In this document: positions 39,048-52,327 of the stretch, piece after piece
How positions within the stretch are numbered: the stretch's first letter is position 1
Layout of the letters: every line of letters begins with the position of its first letter
DNA from: Octopus sinensis
Taxonomy: Eukaryota
Assembly: GCF_006345805.1 (NCBI RefSeq)
Contig: NC_042999.1
Span: 127,968,001-128,032,000, forward strand
Direction: 5' to 3'
Length of the DNA stretch: 64,000 nucleotides
Position numbers and translations under genes: made by a program
Notes under the pieces: model-generated
The model's database searches: none
Told to the model about the DNA's origin: nothing
Seen by the model: the letters and a program-made list of their open reading frames with translations, nothing else

Positions 39048-40196
39048 TAAGCAATAAAGGGTTTAGCAACGAATTGCCTTACCACATACCGAATTTAGAA
39101 ATAGCAGTCAAAGAGTTATAGCTATTTCTTCTACTAAAAAGGAGATCTCAGTAAAAACAGCAATTGGAAGGCAGACACAAACAGGTAAGAGAGAATGAAT
39201 TGACGGCAATCTATCATACAATTTTAAGTTATCTACGGACGCACATTTCGAAATCAAGTTTTTAGGAAAGCATAAGAATTAAATATTAAATAATTCTACC
39301 TTACCAAAACTTCTTTTCTCTTCAGCGTAGAATACTATAATCTTAAATGATTATATATTGAATTTTGAGATACTAGAAGGCACCAACTCAACTCAGTATC
39401 AGAGCGAGCTAGAATCCGCAACTAGTATCCCCAAATTCAATTTGTGAATGAAAAGATTGTGTCACCAGCCCCTTCCCACCCGTGTGTAGCCAAAACAAGA
39501 TGCTGTGGTCATCTACTGAGAAAAAATATGGTTATCCGTAATAATGAAGGGTGAAATTAATTAATTTGGAATAATTATCAATTACACCAAGTAGTCTTCG
39601 GCATGTAAAAGCCTCATTCGAGGAAAATTTAAGTAATACTAAGCAATAAAGGGTTTAGCAACGAATTGCCTTACCACATACCGAATTTAGAAATAGCAGT
39701 CAAAGAGTTATAGCTATTTCTTCTACTAAAAAGGGAGATCTCAGTAAAAACAGCAATTGGAAGGCAGACACAAACAGGTAAGAGAGAATGAATTGACGGC
39801 AATCTATCATACAATTTTAAGTTATCTACGGACGCACGTTTCGAAATCAAGTTTTTAGGAAAGCATAAGAATTAAATATTAAATAATTCTACCTTACCAA
39901 AACTTCTTTTCTCTTCAGCGTAGAATACTATAATCTTAAATGATTATATATTGAATTTTGAGATACTAGAAGGCACCAACTCAACTCAGTATCAGAGCGA
40001 GCTAGAATCCGCAACTAGTGTCCCCAAATTCAATTTGTGAATGAAAAGATTGTGTCACCAGCCCCTTCCCACCCGCGTGTAGCCAAAACAAGATGCTGTG
40101 GTCATTCAATTTGTGAATATAATCATTTAAGATTATAGTATTCTACGCTGAAGAGAAAAGAAGTTTTGGTAAGGTAGAATTATTTAATATTTAATT
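39048..40196 (-). mobile_element. ~592-bp tandem non-coding repeat (about 1.8 units) with hammerhead and short inverted terminal segment (retrozyme/pLTR-like)
   Basis: aagcaataaagggtttagc starts at 39049 and 39641; the copies are nearly identical. ~40117-40196 is an inverted copy of part of the unit. (TA)n flanks. Confidence 0.88.
39826..39923 (-). ncRNA. Type I hammerhead ribozyme with long stem II; second copy 39233-39330 (-)
   Basis: Minus strand: ctacg-CTGAAGA-gaaa[~60 nt]tttc-GAAA-CGTGCG-TC-cgtag. Canonical core, GUC site. Confidence 0.88.
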
Positions 40197-40202
40197 ATAT
40201 AT

Positions 40203-40289
<87 letters not shown>

Positions 40290-40465
40290 CATACATATAT
40301 ATTATATATAATATATATATATATATATACATATACATACATATATATTATATATATATATATATATAACGGGAAGCTTTATGAAAATAGACAAAAGACG
40401 AAGGCAGGTGGAAAACAAACGAACAATTGTATTAGTATGGCGCTCAGGAAATATAAATAAAACAA

Positions 40466-40504
40466 GTCTTTAACGTTTCGAGCCTACGCTCTTCAACAGA
40501 AAGA
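40466..40504 (-). ncRNA. Minimal hammerhead in a ~200-bp PLE-like fragment (40368-40571)
   Basis: Minus strand: tctttctg-TTGAAGA-gcgtaggctc-GAAA-CG-TT-aaagac, with palindrome AACGTT. The fragment sits between (TA)n runs. Confidence 0.6.
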
Positions 40505-40596
40505 TACACAGAGAGAAAAAAAACACAGAAAGAAGGAGAGAAAAAAATGCGTGCAGTAGCTAACGAATCAACATATATATATACATATATATATAC

Positions 40597-40635
<39 letters not shown>

Positions 40636-40642
40636 TATATAC

Positions 40643-40728
<86 letters not shown>

Positions 40729-40773
40729 CATATATATATATACATACATATATACATATACATATACATATAT

Positions 40774-40822
<49 letters not shown>

Positions 40823-42944
40823 TTATATATATACATACATATACATATACATATATATATATATAAGATATGGACTAAGTAGACGTGATAAAATTACTAT
40901 TAAAAGTGTTGATCATATTTTATCCAAACAAGTACCCTGATACAGATTAGAAAATATGAATAATTGAAAATGTAACATTAATAATTATTGTCAGTAGTGA
41001 GTGACATGAGCTGGTGTAGGGTGATTAAGATTTAGCAAAAAGTAATTTGATCAGATCCTTTGATGTCAGGTCTGATGGATAAGATTTTGTTGAAATGTGT
41101 CAAGCAGATGTAAACAGCTAACATAATCATTCTTGGTTATGTTAACATCTGATTGTAACTGCTAAGTATAGGACAACTTTAGGTTCATGGATCTGGAATT
41201 CAATGTCCCACTGTAAATGTTTGCTATATCTTCCAAGAAAGAATAGTCTGTTACACATAATCTTGGTAATATTACCAGCAATATTTAGGCAGTGAGCTGA
41301 CAGAATCATTAGCACACTGTGCAAAATGTTTAGCTGCATTTTGTCCATCTTTACTTTCTGGCTTCCAATGCCATTGAGGCTGACTTTCCTTTCCTCTTTC
41401 CAGGAATGATAAAATAAGTACCAGTTGGATTGTGTATATGTGTGTATGTATGAACAATCATGTATTGGAGGACATCAGTACCTTCATGTATGCATTTGTG
41501 TATCTAGTACATGTAGATGTATAATAGATCTGCTGCATGTGTGTCTGTGTGCATGTATCTGTGCACATTTGTATCTGCTCTGTGTGTGTGTGTGTATGTG
41601 TGTGTGTACATAAGCACACATTCATTTTACTGCTAAGAGGTACTGCTGGTTGGAAGAGTGTGTGTATTACCTGGTGTGTGTACACATACATAGGTACACA
41701 CACACACCCACACCAGCAAACTGTTGCTGCTAGCAAACCAATCCTTTCTCTCAAGACTGTGTGTCACCACCAACATCCTTTCCTAGCATACGTTGGTCCT
41801 CGGAATTCTAAACGGGAACTGATGTCACTACCAAATTGACAATACCATGTGACCGGCACTAACCAGCAGCAGCCTAATATTCAGAGGTCATCTTGCACTC
41901 ACCTTCATTCACTTCTACAGGCATGATAAGTTAGGTTTGTTTGATGAGCCTACAAAACTTTAAGTTGCATGGGGCCAAATCAAACTGTTATTGAATAAGA
42001 TATGTAACTCTTTCTTTTGTCTATTTGTGTGTGTGCATATACATTTTACATGCATCTGTGCTGGTGCCACATAAAATGCACAGATGCTGGTTCTGTGTAA
42101 AAGCACCCAATACACTCTGTAAAGTGGTTAGCATTAGGAAGGACATTCAGCTGTAGAGACCATGCCAAAATAAACAATTAGAACCTGATGCAGTTGCAAA
42201 GGGTGCCCTACCTTTCCAATCTTCTGTGAAAACATGTCTAGCCATGGGAAAATATTACTTCTCTTTGAAACAGGTGAGTGTAGATGACGGAAAGGGCACC
42301 CAGCCATAGGAAATCTGCCTCAACAAGTTCCATCTGACCCATGTGAGAATGGAAAAGTGAGCATTCAAATGATGATTGTGGTACACAGATCTAATTTTGT
42401 ACACTGTAATTAACAATGGCAGGATAAGGTAAGCTGATTTATCTAATCCTGTCATTTATAAATAAATTTCATTCCCCAAATCATTAACAAAAAAAAAAAG
42501 AAATTCTTTGAAGCAAGGATATCATAGCTCAATTTATGTGTTTTGCAAGGCAATAATTAATATCAGTTTCAAATTTTAGCACAAGGCCAGCAGGTTTGGG
42601 AGAGGAATTAAATTGATTAAATCGACCCCAGTGTTCAACTGGTACTTATTTTATCAACCATGAAAGGATGAAAGACAAAGTCAACTCTGATAGAATTTGA
42701 ACTCAGAATGTAAGGATAGACAAAATGCCACTAAGCATTCCACCTGGCATGCTAACAATTCTGCCAGCTTGCTGACTTAAATTTTTAGCATTCATATTGT
42801 TTTGAATTAATTATGCATCATCTTATAGCTTCAAGATTTCAATGATGTGATTGTTTATTTTTAGAATGACATTGTAGGGTAGGTGTGAGAAACCAGATCT
42901 AGATAGTTTGAACATAAACAGGTAAAATATTTCGGCTGGATATC

Positions 42945-43292
42945 TCTTTTACTTGTTTCAGTCATGTGATTGTGGCCATGCTGGAGCACCACCATTTTTT
43001 AGTCAAGCAAATCGACCCCAGGACTTATTCTTTGTAAGCCTAGTACTTATTCTATCGGTCTCTTTTGCCGAACCGCTAAGTTACAGGGACGTAAACACAG
43101 CAGCATGGGTTGTTAAGCAATGTTGGGGGGGGGGACAAACACAGACACACAAACATACACACACACACACACACTCAGGTTGGCCTGAGGCTATAGTAGA
43201 AGATGCTTGCCCAAGGTTCCACGCAGTGGGACTGAACCCGGAACCATGTGGTTGTTAAGCAAGCTACTTACCACATAGCCACCCCTGCGCCT
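42945..43292 (-). mobile_element. SINE family A copy fused downstream of U6
   Basis: Minus strand begins aggcgcaggggtggctatgtggtaagtagc and ends ...tgactgaaacaagtaaaagag. Confidence 0.88.
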
Positions 43293-43399
43293 AAAAATAT
43301 GGAATGCTTCCCAAATTTGTGTGTCATCCTTGCGCAGGGGCCATGCTAATCTTCTCTGTATCATTCCAATTTTAGAATATGTACCGCCATAGGTAGTAC
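43293..43399 (-). pseudogene. U6: Full-length U6 snRNA retrocopy
   Basis: Reverse complement gtactacctatggcggtacatattctaaaattggaatgatacagagaagattagcatggcccctgcgcaaggatgacacacaaatttgggaagcattccatattttt contains the ACAGAGA box and U6 ISL. CpG-decay substitutions; MITE sequence rather than a promoter lies upstream. Confidence 0.93.
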
Positions 43400-44396
43400 A
43401 TATGGTGAGTTAAAATGCTAAAGGGTTAAGGTGATAATTAATATTAATGACTGATCTGAAATTTTAGATAGTAATTATCATTCCCATCTCCACCTTCTCC
43501 TTACCATCAACATCACTCTCTCTCTCGTTCCCTCTCCCTTTCACTCTCTCCCGCTCACTCTGTTGCTCTCTCTCCCCTAATCCATTCAATTTAATCTCTT
43601 CAGCCTATTATGATTTAAGTAAGATGTCATTTTTTTTTTTCATAAAATATTACAGTAAAATTTCAAATGGGTCATGTCCTCTTTTCATTTTTTGTGGCTT
43701 TAACTCTTTAGCATTTAATCCAACCATATCTGACCCAAATATTCTACCTGTTTTATATTAAAACTAATCAGATCCAACCTCTCACACCTACCCTACAATG
43801 TTATTCTAAAAATATACAAACACACCATAGAAATTTCAAAGCTATAAAATAATGCATGATTAATTCAAAACAATATGAACAAATAACATTTACCTTTCAC
43901 AAAGAAGTCTCAATGCTAAAGGGTTAAACACAGCTGAAGTTCATGACATGTTCCACATTTTTGAAAAGTTTACCAAATTTTTACATGAAACAAAAAAGTG
44001 AAGCTGAGAGCAAAGAACAAATAATCTGCACAAATCATCATCATCATCATCATCATCATCCACATTTTAATATTCATTTTTATGTTTGCATGGGTCAGAC
44101 AGAATATACTGAGGTGGATTTTCTATGACTGGATGCCCTTCCTGTTGCCAACCCTCATTTGCTTCCAAGTAAGGTAATATTTCCCCCATGACCAGGCATG
44201 TTTCCACAGGATACTGGAAACAAAAGACACGGCTTGCATAACGGTGAACACTTGTTTGCAACTATCACGCAATGTTAGGTCAAGGAAACACAAACACATG
44301 TGTATACACACGCATACACACACACACACACACACACATACACACACATCTAATGGTTTTTAGTAAGCAGTGTCGATTTTTACACTTCTGTAAATG

Positions 44397-44438
<42 letters not shown>

Positions 44439-44641
44439 TTTTATAAGCTTATAAGCGATCACTGTGCAATGACTTAGAAAATAGTCTAACATTGAGGCAT
44501 ATAAGACCACAACAGAAAAAAGTAGGAAACCCTACTTTTTTCCATCGAGGCCTTAGATGCACCAATATTAGACTATTTTCTCTAGTTATTACACAGTGAT
44601 TGCTTATAAGCTTTAAGCTCATAAAATATTATCATCATTAC

Positions 44642-44685
<44 letters not shown>
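44397..44685. repeat. Long imperfect palindrome with (TAA)n/(TTA)n arms
   Basis: 44436-44509 pairs with 44549-44630; central hairpin gaaaaaagtagg-aaa-cctacttttttc. Confidence 0.8.
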
Positions 44686-44687
<2 letters not shown>

Positions 44688-44912
44688 TTTATTTTCATAT
44701 TTATTATATATATGTGTGTATGTGTGTATAATATATATATAGGCGTAGGAATGGCTGTGTGGTAAGTAGCTTGCTTATGAACCACACAGTTCTGGGTTCA
44801 GTCCCACTACATGTCACCTTGGGCAAGTGTCTTCTACTATAGCCTCAGGCCGACCAAAGCCTTGTGAGTGGATTTGGTAGACAGAAACTGAAAGAAGCCC
44901 GTTGTATATTTG

Positions 44913-44963
<51 letters not shown>

Positions 44964-47057
44964 TTAATCATATCAAAGGGAAATGGAAATTAATTAAGAT
45001 TTACATTTCCAGAGGTCTAATGTGTAAAAATTTAGTCCAAAAGACTATATATTAGTCATACGATATAGTGTATATTTAAACACATGAGGAATCCACTCAT
45101 AGAAATGAGTGTTGAATTCCTATATATATATATATTTATATATATATATATGTGTGTTATATATATATATGTGTGTGTGTGTGTATGTATGTTATATGTT
45201 TGTGTGTCCCCCAACATCACTTGACAACCGATGCTGGTGTGTTTACGTCCCCATAAATTAGCAGTTCAGCAAAAGAGAACGATAGAATAAGTACTAGGCT
45301 TACAAAGAATAAGTCGTGGGGTCAGTTTGCTTGACTAAAGGCAGTGCTCCAGCATGGCCACAGTCAAATGACTGAAACTTGTAAAAGAGTATATATATAC
45401 ATATATATATTCACAACAGGCTTCTTTCGGTTTCTATGTACCAAATACACTCAAAAGGCTATGCTTGGCCTGGGTTTATAGTAGAAGACACTTGCCGAAG
45501 GTATCACACAGTCAGAATGATTGCAGAACCATGTGGCTGGGAAGCAAACTTCTTGGTGCACAGTCACATTTGTGCAAATGGTAATAGAAAACAAATGCTG
45601 CAAACATAGGGTGTTTAATACTAGGAATGATAACTGCATAGAGAACAAGAAATAAGTATATAAAAATGCAAAATCATGCTATGATGTAGGCCAACAGAAC
45701 ACAGACATTCTCAAGTACCATCACTTCTTCTTGGCACAACTGAAAGGAAAGATGTAATCAGAAAATGTTAATAGCTACAAACAGTATGAATAAATATCAT
45801 ATAGAGAAAAAGATGGTGATTTTAACCTAGTAACATTATCTTTGATGTAGTCAAAGAAACATCTTCTGGTAAAGCTGTTTGAAGTCTACAGATCTCTACT
45901 GTTCATTCCCTGTGGGTTTAACCCTTTTCCTAACGACTCACGACAAGCTGGTTCAATGTTATAAACTTCTTGTTTAAAGTAATCTAAATTAAAATTTCCC
46001 ATTAAAATTTCTTAATAATGACAAAAAATGATAGCCTGGCTGTATGGTAAGAAGCTTGCTTTTCAACCACATGGTTCCAGGTTCAGTCTCACTGTGTGGA
46101 ACCTTGGGCAAGTGTCTTCTACTATAGCCTCAGGCCAACCAAAGCCTTGTGAGTGAATTTGGTAGAAGGAAACTGAAAGAAGCCTGTCATATATATATAT
46201 GTGTGTGTGTATACGTATGTATTTATGAGTGTGTGTCTGTATTCGTCCCCACCACCATCACTTGACAACCAATGCTGGTGTGTTTATGTCACTGTAACCT
46301 AGCAGTCTGGCAAAAGAGAATGATAAAATAAGTACTAGGCTTAGAAAAGAATAAGTCCTCGGTTTAATTCCTTCAACTAAAACCCTTTAAGGAAGTGCTC
46401 CAGCGTGGTCACAGTCAAATAACTGAAACAAGTAAAAGAATAAAAGACTACTGTTTTGTTTAAAACTAAACCTAGTGTTACAGTTCTGTCTATAACTGTT
46501 GTTTCAACTGTCCATCACTTTGTTCCCTCAACATAAATTATTTTTGGTTTTTCATGTAATCCTTTAGCATTCAAACAAAACTGGCACTCTGTTGGTTACG
46601 GCAACAAGGGTTCCAGTTTATCAAATCATCAGAACGGCCTGCTTTGTGAGATTAATGTGCAAGTGGCTGAGCTGTCCACAAACATGTGTACCCCTTAACA
46701 TAGTTCTCAAAGATGACACAGCATGACACAGAATATGATAAGACCAGCCTTTTGAATTACAGGTACAACTCATTTTTGCCAGCTGAGTAGTCTGAAGCAA
46801 TGTGAAATAGTCTCTTGCTCAAGGACATAACACACTGCCAGGAATCAAACTCATGACTTTACAATTGTGAGTTGATTACCCTAATCACTAAGCTATATGC
46901 CTTCATCCTTAAGAATTCAAACCAGCCATATCTGGCCAAAATATTTAAACTGTTTTATGTTGAAACTGGCCAGATCTGACCTCTCACACCAACCCTACAA
47001 TGTCATTCTAAAATTAAACACTCACATCATCAAAATCTCTAAACTACTAGATAATGC

Positions 47058-47630
47058 AGAGCATACTGCCTTCATTCCTCTCTGGTCTATGCATGTCCTT
47101 TGCATTCAGAGTCCATGTCTCACTACCATGGAGTATAGCCATTCATACATAAGCATCATACAAGCTGCCTTTCACTCTGCGAGAAAGTCCTTTTGTTGCC
47201 AACAGAGGTAGTAGTTCTCTGAACTTCCTCCATCCTATTCTTATTCTAGAAACAATACTTCCAGAGCATCCACCACCATTACTAATTTGATCACCTAAGT
47301 AGCAGAAATTATCTACTACCTCAAGAGAGCCTCCTGAACACTTAAGAGAGTCTAAGTCCCGCATGCTCTTAGTGCTTATTGTTCCGGCACATCTGCCGCA
47401 CATTAATACGACCTTATCTGCTAATCTACCTGTGATCCCACCGCATCTCTTATGTGTCCATAACTTACTCTGAGTGCAGCAAATGGAATTACTTCCCACT
47501 CCTTTCCTACATATTGAGCAGATCCACTTATCTAATGGAAAGAGAGACTAATCTGTTTATTTGCTAACAACAACCTTGGTCTTTGCTAGATTAACTCTAA
47601 GGCCCTTTGGTTCTAGGTTTTGTTTCCATA
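47058..47630 (-). mobile_element. RTE LINE ORF2 fragment with internal Cys/His finger
   Basis: GLRVNLAKTKVVV ... CSICRKGVGSNSICCTQSKLWTHKRCGG...LMCGRC ... LEVVDNFCYLGDQI...RIRIGWRKFRELLPLL...HGSETW. Confidence 0.85.
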
Positions 47631-47837
47631 TGTAACATGGGATTCCACAGTTCCTATCAACCAAATTTACGCACAAGACATTAGTCAGCTCAAAGCTATA
47701 GAAGAAGACACTTACTCAAGGTGCCGCACAGTAGGATTGAACCGAAACCTTGTGATTGGAAAGCGAACGTCTTAACCATACAGCCATATCTGCACCTGTG
47801 CAATATGATAACTAAACCTGTTTGAAGTACAAATGAC

Positions 47838-47877
<40 letters not shown>

Positions 47878-48179
47878 AAAACAATAAAAAGCAAAAAAAA
47901 AAGGAAAACAAGATGATCATAGCTAGAACAGCTTTCATCATAGGTTTACTCAATCAAGGTTTAAAGAACAACAACAACAACAATTATAATAACTGCTGCT
48001 GCTACTACTACTACTACTACTGTAGCTATTGACGTTCTAACCAGACTCAAGAGCTATCATAAATTTCTAGAATTTGCTGGCTGCGTTCAGTTTTTATCAA
48101 TCCAGTGATTAAAGATTCAGAAAATAAGAAACAAGCACAGCCATTATAATAAAGGTAATTCTAGAAGGAAAATGTAAAA

Positions 48180-48266
<87 letters not shown>

Positions 48267-48438
48267 TGTATATATATGTATTTATATGTATATGTACGAA
48301 TGCATATATATGTGTGTGTGTGTGGATATATATATATATATAATAAAATATACTTATAAATAAAATATACATGTATAATTATATATATATGCACAATAAT
48401 ATAAATATAAAATTAAATATATGTATATATATAATTAT

Positions 48439-48469
<31 letters not shown>

Positions 48470-48883
48470 ATGAAATCAAGATGAAACTACATGCCAAGTT
48501 TTTGTATTGTGGGATATATTGAGTACTAGAAGACACAGATATTGGCTACCGTCTGATATCAGACATGAAAGTAATATATCTATTGTTTGGATTCAAAAGC
48601 AATGAGAATTTCTTGAGACTTTCATTGTGTATGGTTGAGATTAATAAAAAAAATTGTGTATGATTTGGAATAGATTATGGTTTTTGATGAATTAAGAGAT
48701 TTTGCACACATACACACACATACACATAGACATGCACTCACACAAATATATACAAAGAGACACATACAGGTTCTTTTTGTTGTATAGTGACAGCACTTAG
48801 GTTTATTCTTAGATTTACTCACACATACATATATTCGTGTATGTCTATGTGTTTCATATTGAATATGCATAATATATTCATTC

Positions 48884-48918
<35 letters not shown>

Positions 48919-49019
48919 CGTGCATGTGTGCGCACACGTGTGTGTGTAGTTGAGCAAGTGAAATTGGAAGTCTCAGTTAATTCTAATATGCTTAATAAAT
49001 TTTGCTGTGCAAATAAATA

Positions 49020-49572
49020 TTGGGTTGTCTGGAAAGTTCGTGCTGATTTTTAAAGGAAAGAAAAAGGCCATTACATTTTTAATCAACCAAATATGAACCA
49101 TTTTGTTGCACAATACATCTCCATCTTTCCTTTAACTTGAAAATACCCTCTTCCCAGAAATGAGGTAGTTTCATGGCAAAGAATTCATCAAGGTATCTTT
49201 TTATGTTATCCAAGGAATTGAAATTTTTACCATTAACACTATTCTGCAGAGACCTGAATAAGTGGAAATCCAAAGGAGCAATATTTGGTGAATGTGGAGG
49301 GTGGGGTAACACATCCCAGCCGAGCTGCAGCAATTTTTGTCTGGTTCCCAAACCATCAAGTGCTGAAAATAAACTTTCTTATCTTCCGTTTTAAAGGGTT
49401 ACAGAATTAACACAGGTTATAGGAACATAAATCTTCTTCCACGAAAAGATAGCTTAAACTGTGCTCTAAAGGGAGGTGTAGTCAAATCCTATTTTATGGA
49501 CTCAACCATTTTTCTAAAATAAGTCGAAAGGTAAACTACTATAAATCGGCATGAACTTTCCGGACAACCCAA
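49020..49572 (-). mobile_element. Internally deleted mariner element
   Basis: TA-flanked TIRs ttgggttgtctggaaagttcgtgctgattt / aaatcggcatgaactttccggacaacccaa. C-terminal transposase LGWDVLPHPPHSPNIAPLDFHLFRSL...ERWRCIVQQNGSY. Confidence 0.92.
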
Positions 49573-50207
49573 TATAAAATCCATCCATCACTACTGAACT
49601 TCTTCTTGTTTCTTTAGTTTTATGTGTGTTTATGATGTGTGTTTTATCTTTTACCTTTCACTTGTTTCAGTCATTAGTTTGTAGTCATGCTGGGGCACTG
49701 CTTTGAAGAAGTTTTCATCACCTGTATTGACGCCAGTTTCTTATTTTTAAAAGCCTGTTACTTATTCTGTCAATCTCTTTTGCCAAACTGGTAAACACAC
49801 CAGCACCAGTTGTCAGGCGTGTGTATGATGGCCTTCTTTCAATTTCCATCAGCCAAATCTACTCACAAGGCTTTGATTGGCCTGAGGCTATAATAGAAGA
49901 CAACTTACCTAAGGTGTCACACAACAGTATTGAACTTGGAACCATAAGATTGGGAAGCAAGCTACTGACTGCACAGCCACACCTGCACCTATAGATATAT
50001 TCTTTTATTCTTTTATTTGTTTCAGTCATTTGACTGTGCCATGCTGGAGCACTGCCTTTAGTCGAACAAATCAACCCAGGACTTATTCTTTGTAAGCCTG
50101 GTACTTATTCTATCAGTCTCTTTTGCTAAACCACTAAGTTATGGGGATGTAAATACACCAACATCAGTTGCCAAGTGATGGTGGGGGTACAAACACAGAC
50201 ACACAAG

Positions 50208-50258
<51 letters not shown>

Positions 50259-51411
50259 GCAATGGGCTTCTTTCAGTTTCCATCTATCAAATCCACACAC
50301 AAGGCTTTGGTTGGCTCGAGGCTATAGTAGAAGACACTTGCCCAAGGTGCCACACAGTGGGACTGAACCCGGAACCAGGTGGTTGGTAAGCAACCTACTT
50401 ACTGCACAGCCACTCCTGTGTCAAACAGCCACTCCTGTGTCAAACAGCCACTTGTATCTATATAGATAGATATTTTATAATTCTGTTTAGCCAAAGCATT
50501 AACAGTAAGCAGTAGTATCATTATCATCATTTTAATGTCCACTTTTCCATGTTTACATGCACTGGATGGAATTCATAATGGCAAATTTCCTACAGCTGGA
50601 TTTCCTCAACACTAAGCATATTTTCACAGAAGATTGTAAACAGAAAACACCACTTGAATGATGGTGACACTTATTTACAGCTATCACATGATATCAAGAC
50701 AGGGAGGGAAACATACATACATACATACATACATACATACACACACACATACATACATACATACATACATACATACATACATACATACATACATACATAC
50801 ATACATGATGTGCACTTTTCAGTTTCTGTCTACCAAATCCATTCACAAGGCAGCTTGGAGCTATATATAGCAAAAGACACTTGTACAAGGTGCCACATAG
50901 TGGGATCGAACCCAGAACCATGTGGCTGGGAAGCAAACTTCTCAACCACACAGCCATACCTGCATTTAACATCATCATCATTTAGTGTTCATATTGCATG
51001 CTGGCATGGGCTGGACTATTGATATAGAATTATGCTGCATGTGTATACATGTATATAAGCATGATGTATGTGTATAATTCACATTGACTGGCCGGAATTC
51101 ATAATGGCAAATTTCCTACAGCTGGATGCCCTTCCTAATCCCACCCACACTTGTTTCCAAGTAAGGTAATATTTCCCCAGCACCAAGCATGTTTTCACAG
51201 AAGATTGGAAATGGATTTTAATTTGAATATTTATAAACAGTTTTATACTTAAACCTATTAATTCAGGAATATTACTATTCACATTAAAATAATAGGTAAC
51301 ATAACCAGTAATTCATTGAATATTTTCTATCCCTTAAGGTGGTTATTTTAACCTCTATTTAAACTTATATATATATATATATAATATATATATATATATA
51401 TAATATATATA

Positions 51412-51447
<36 letters not shown>

Positions 51448-51958
51448 TGTATGTATATGTATATATATATATATTATATATATATATATATTATATATAT
51501 ATATATATATATATGGCGTTAGGAAGGGCATCCAGCTGTAGAAACTCTGCCAGATGAAGTTTGGAGCCTGGTGCGGCCGTCTGGTTTGCCAGCACTCAGT
51601 CAAAATCGTCCAACCCATGCTAGCCTGGAAAGCGGACTTTAAACGATGATGATGATGATTATGATATATATATATATGTAGATGTATATGCATGCACATG
51701 CACACATTCACATGTATGCATATAGATGCAGCTAGATAGATACATGCATTTGTGTAAATATGGATGAACAAATCAGCATTGTGTCTATGCATAAATTTAT
51801 ATGTAGATATATTACCCATGAATGTGTGTGTGTATGTGTGTGTGTGCAAGAGAGAAAGGAAGCTGCAAGCATTTGAAAAGTATAATTATGTGTATGCATG
51901 TATGTATGTATTATGTATGTATGTATGTATGCATGCATGCATGTATATACAACATATA

Positions 51959-52056
51959 CAGCAATATTTATTCTAAAATTGGAATGATACAGAGAAGATT
52001 AGTATGGCCCCTATGCAAGGATGACACACAAATTTGTGAAGCATTCCATATTTTTT
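51959..52056 (+). pseudogene. U6: U6 snRNA retrocopy (5' end truncated or decayed)
   Basis: tattctaaaattggaatgatacagagaagattagtatggcccctatgcaaggatgacacacaaatttgtgaagcattccatatttttt. Confidence 0.92.
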
Positions 52057-52057
52057 C

Positions 52058-52278
52058 AGGTGCAGGTATGGCTGTGTGTTAAGAAGCTTACTTCCCAACC
52101 ACATGGTTCCAGGATCAGTTCCACAGTGTGGCACCTTGGGCAAGCGTCTTCTACTATAGCCTTAGGTTGACCAAAGCCTTGTGAGTGGATTTGGTAGATG
52201 GAAACTGAAAGAAGCCCATCATGTATATATATATATTATATATATATATACATATGTATGTATGTATGTATATATTTT

Positions 52279-52327
<49 letters not shown>

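Noticed and set aside
43293-43399. Functional U6 gene
   Set aside because: The upstream sequence is a MITE rather than PSE/TATA, there are several substitutions, and it is fused to a SINE. Treated as a retrocopy.
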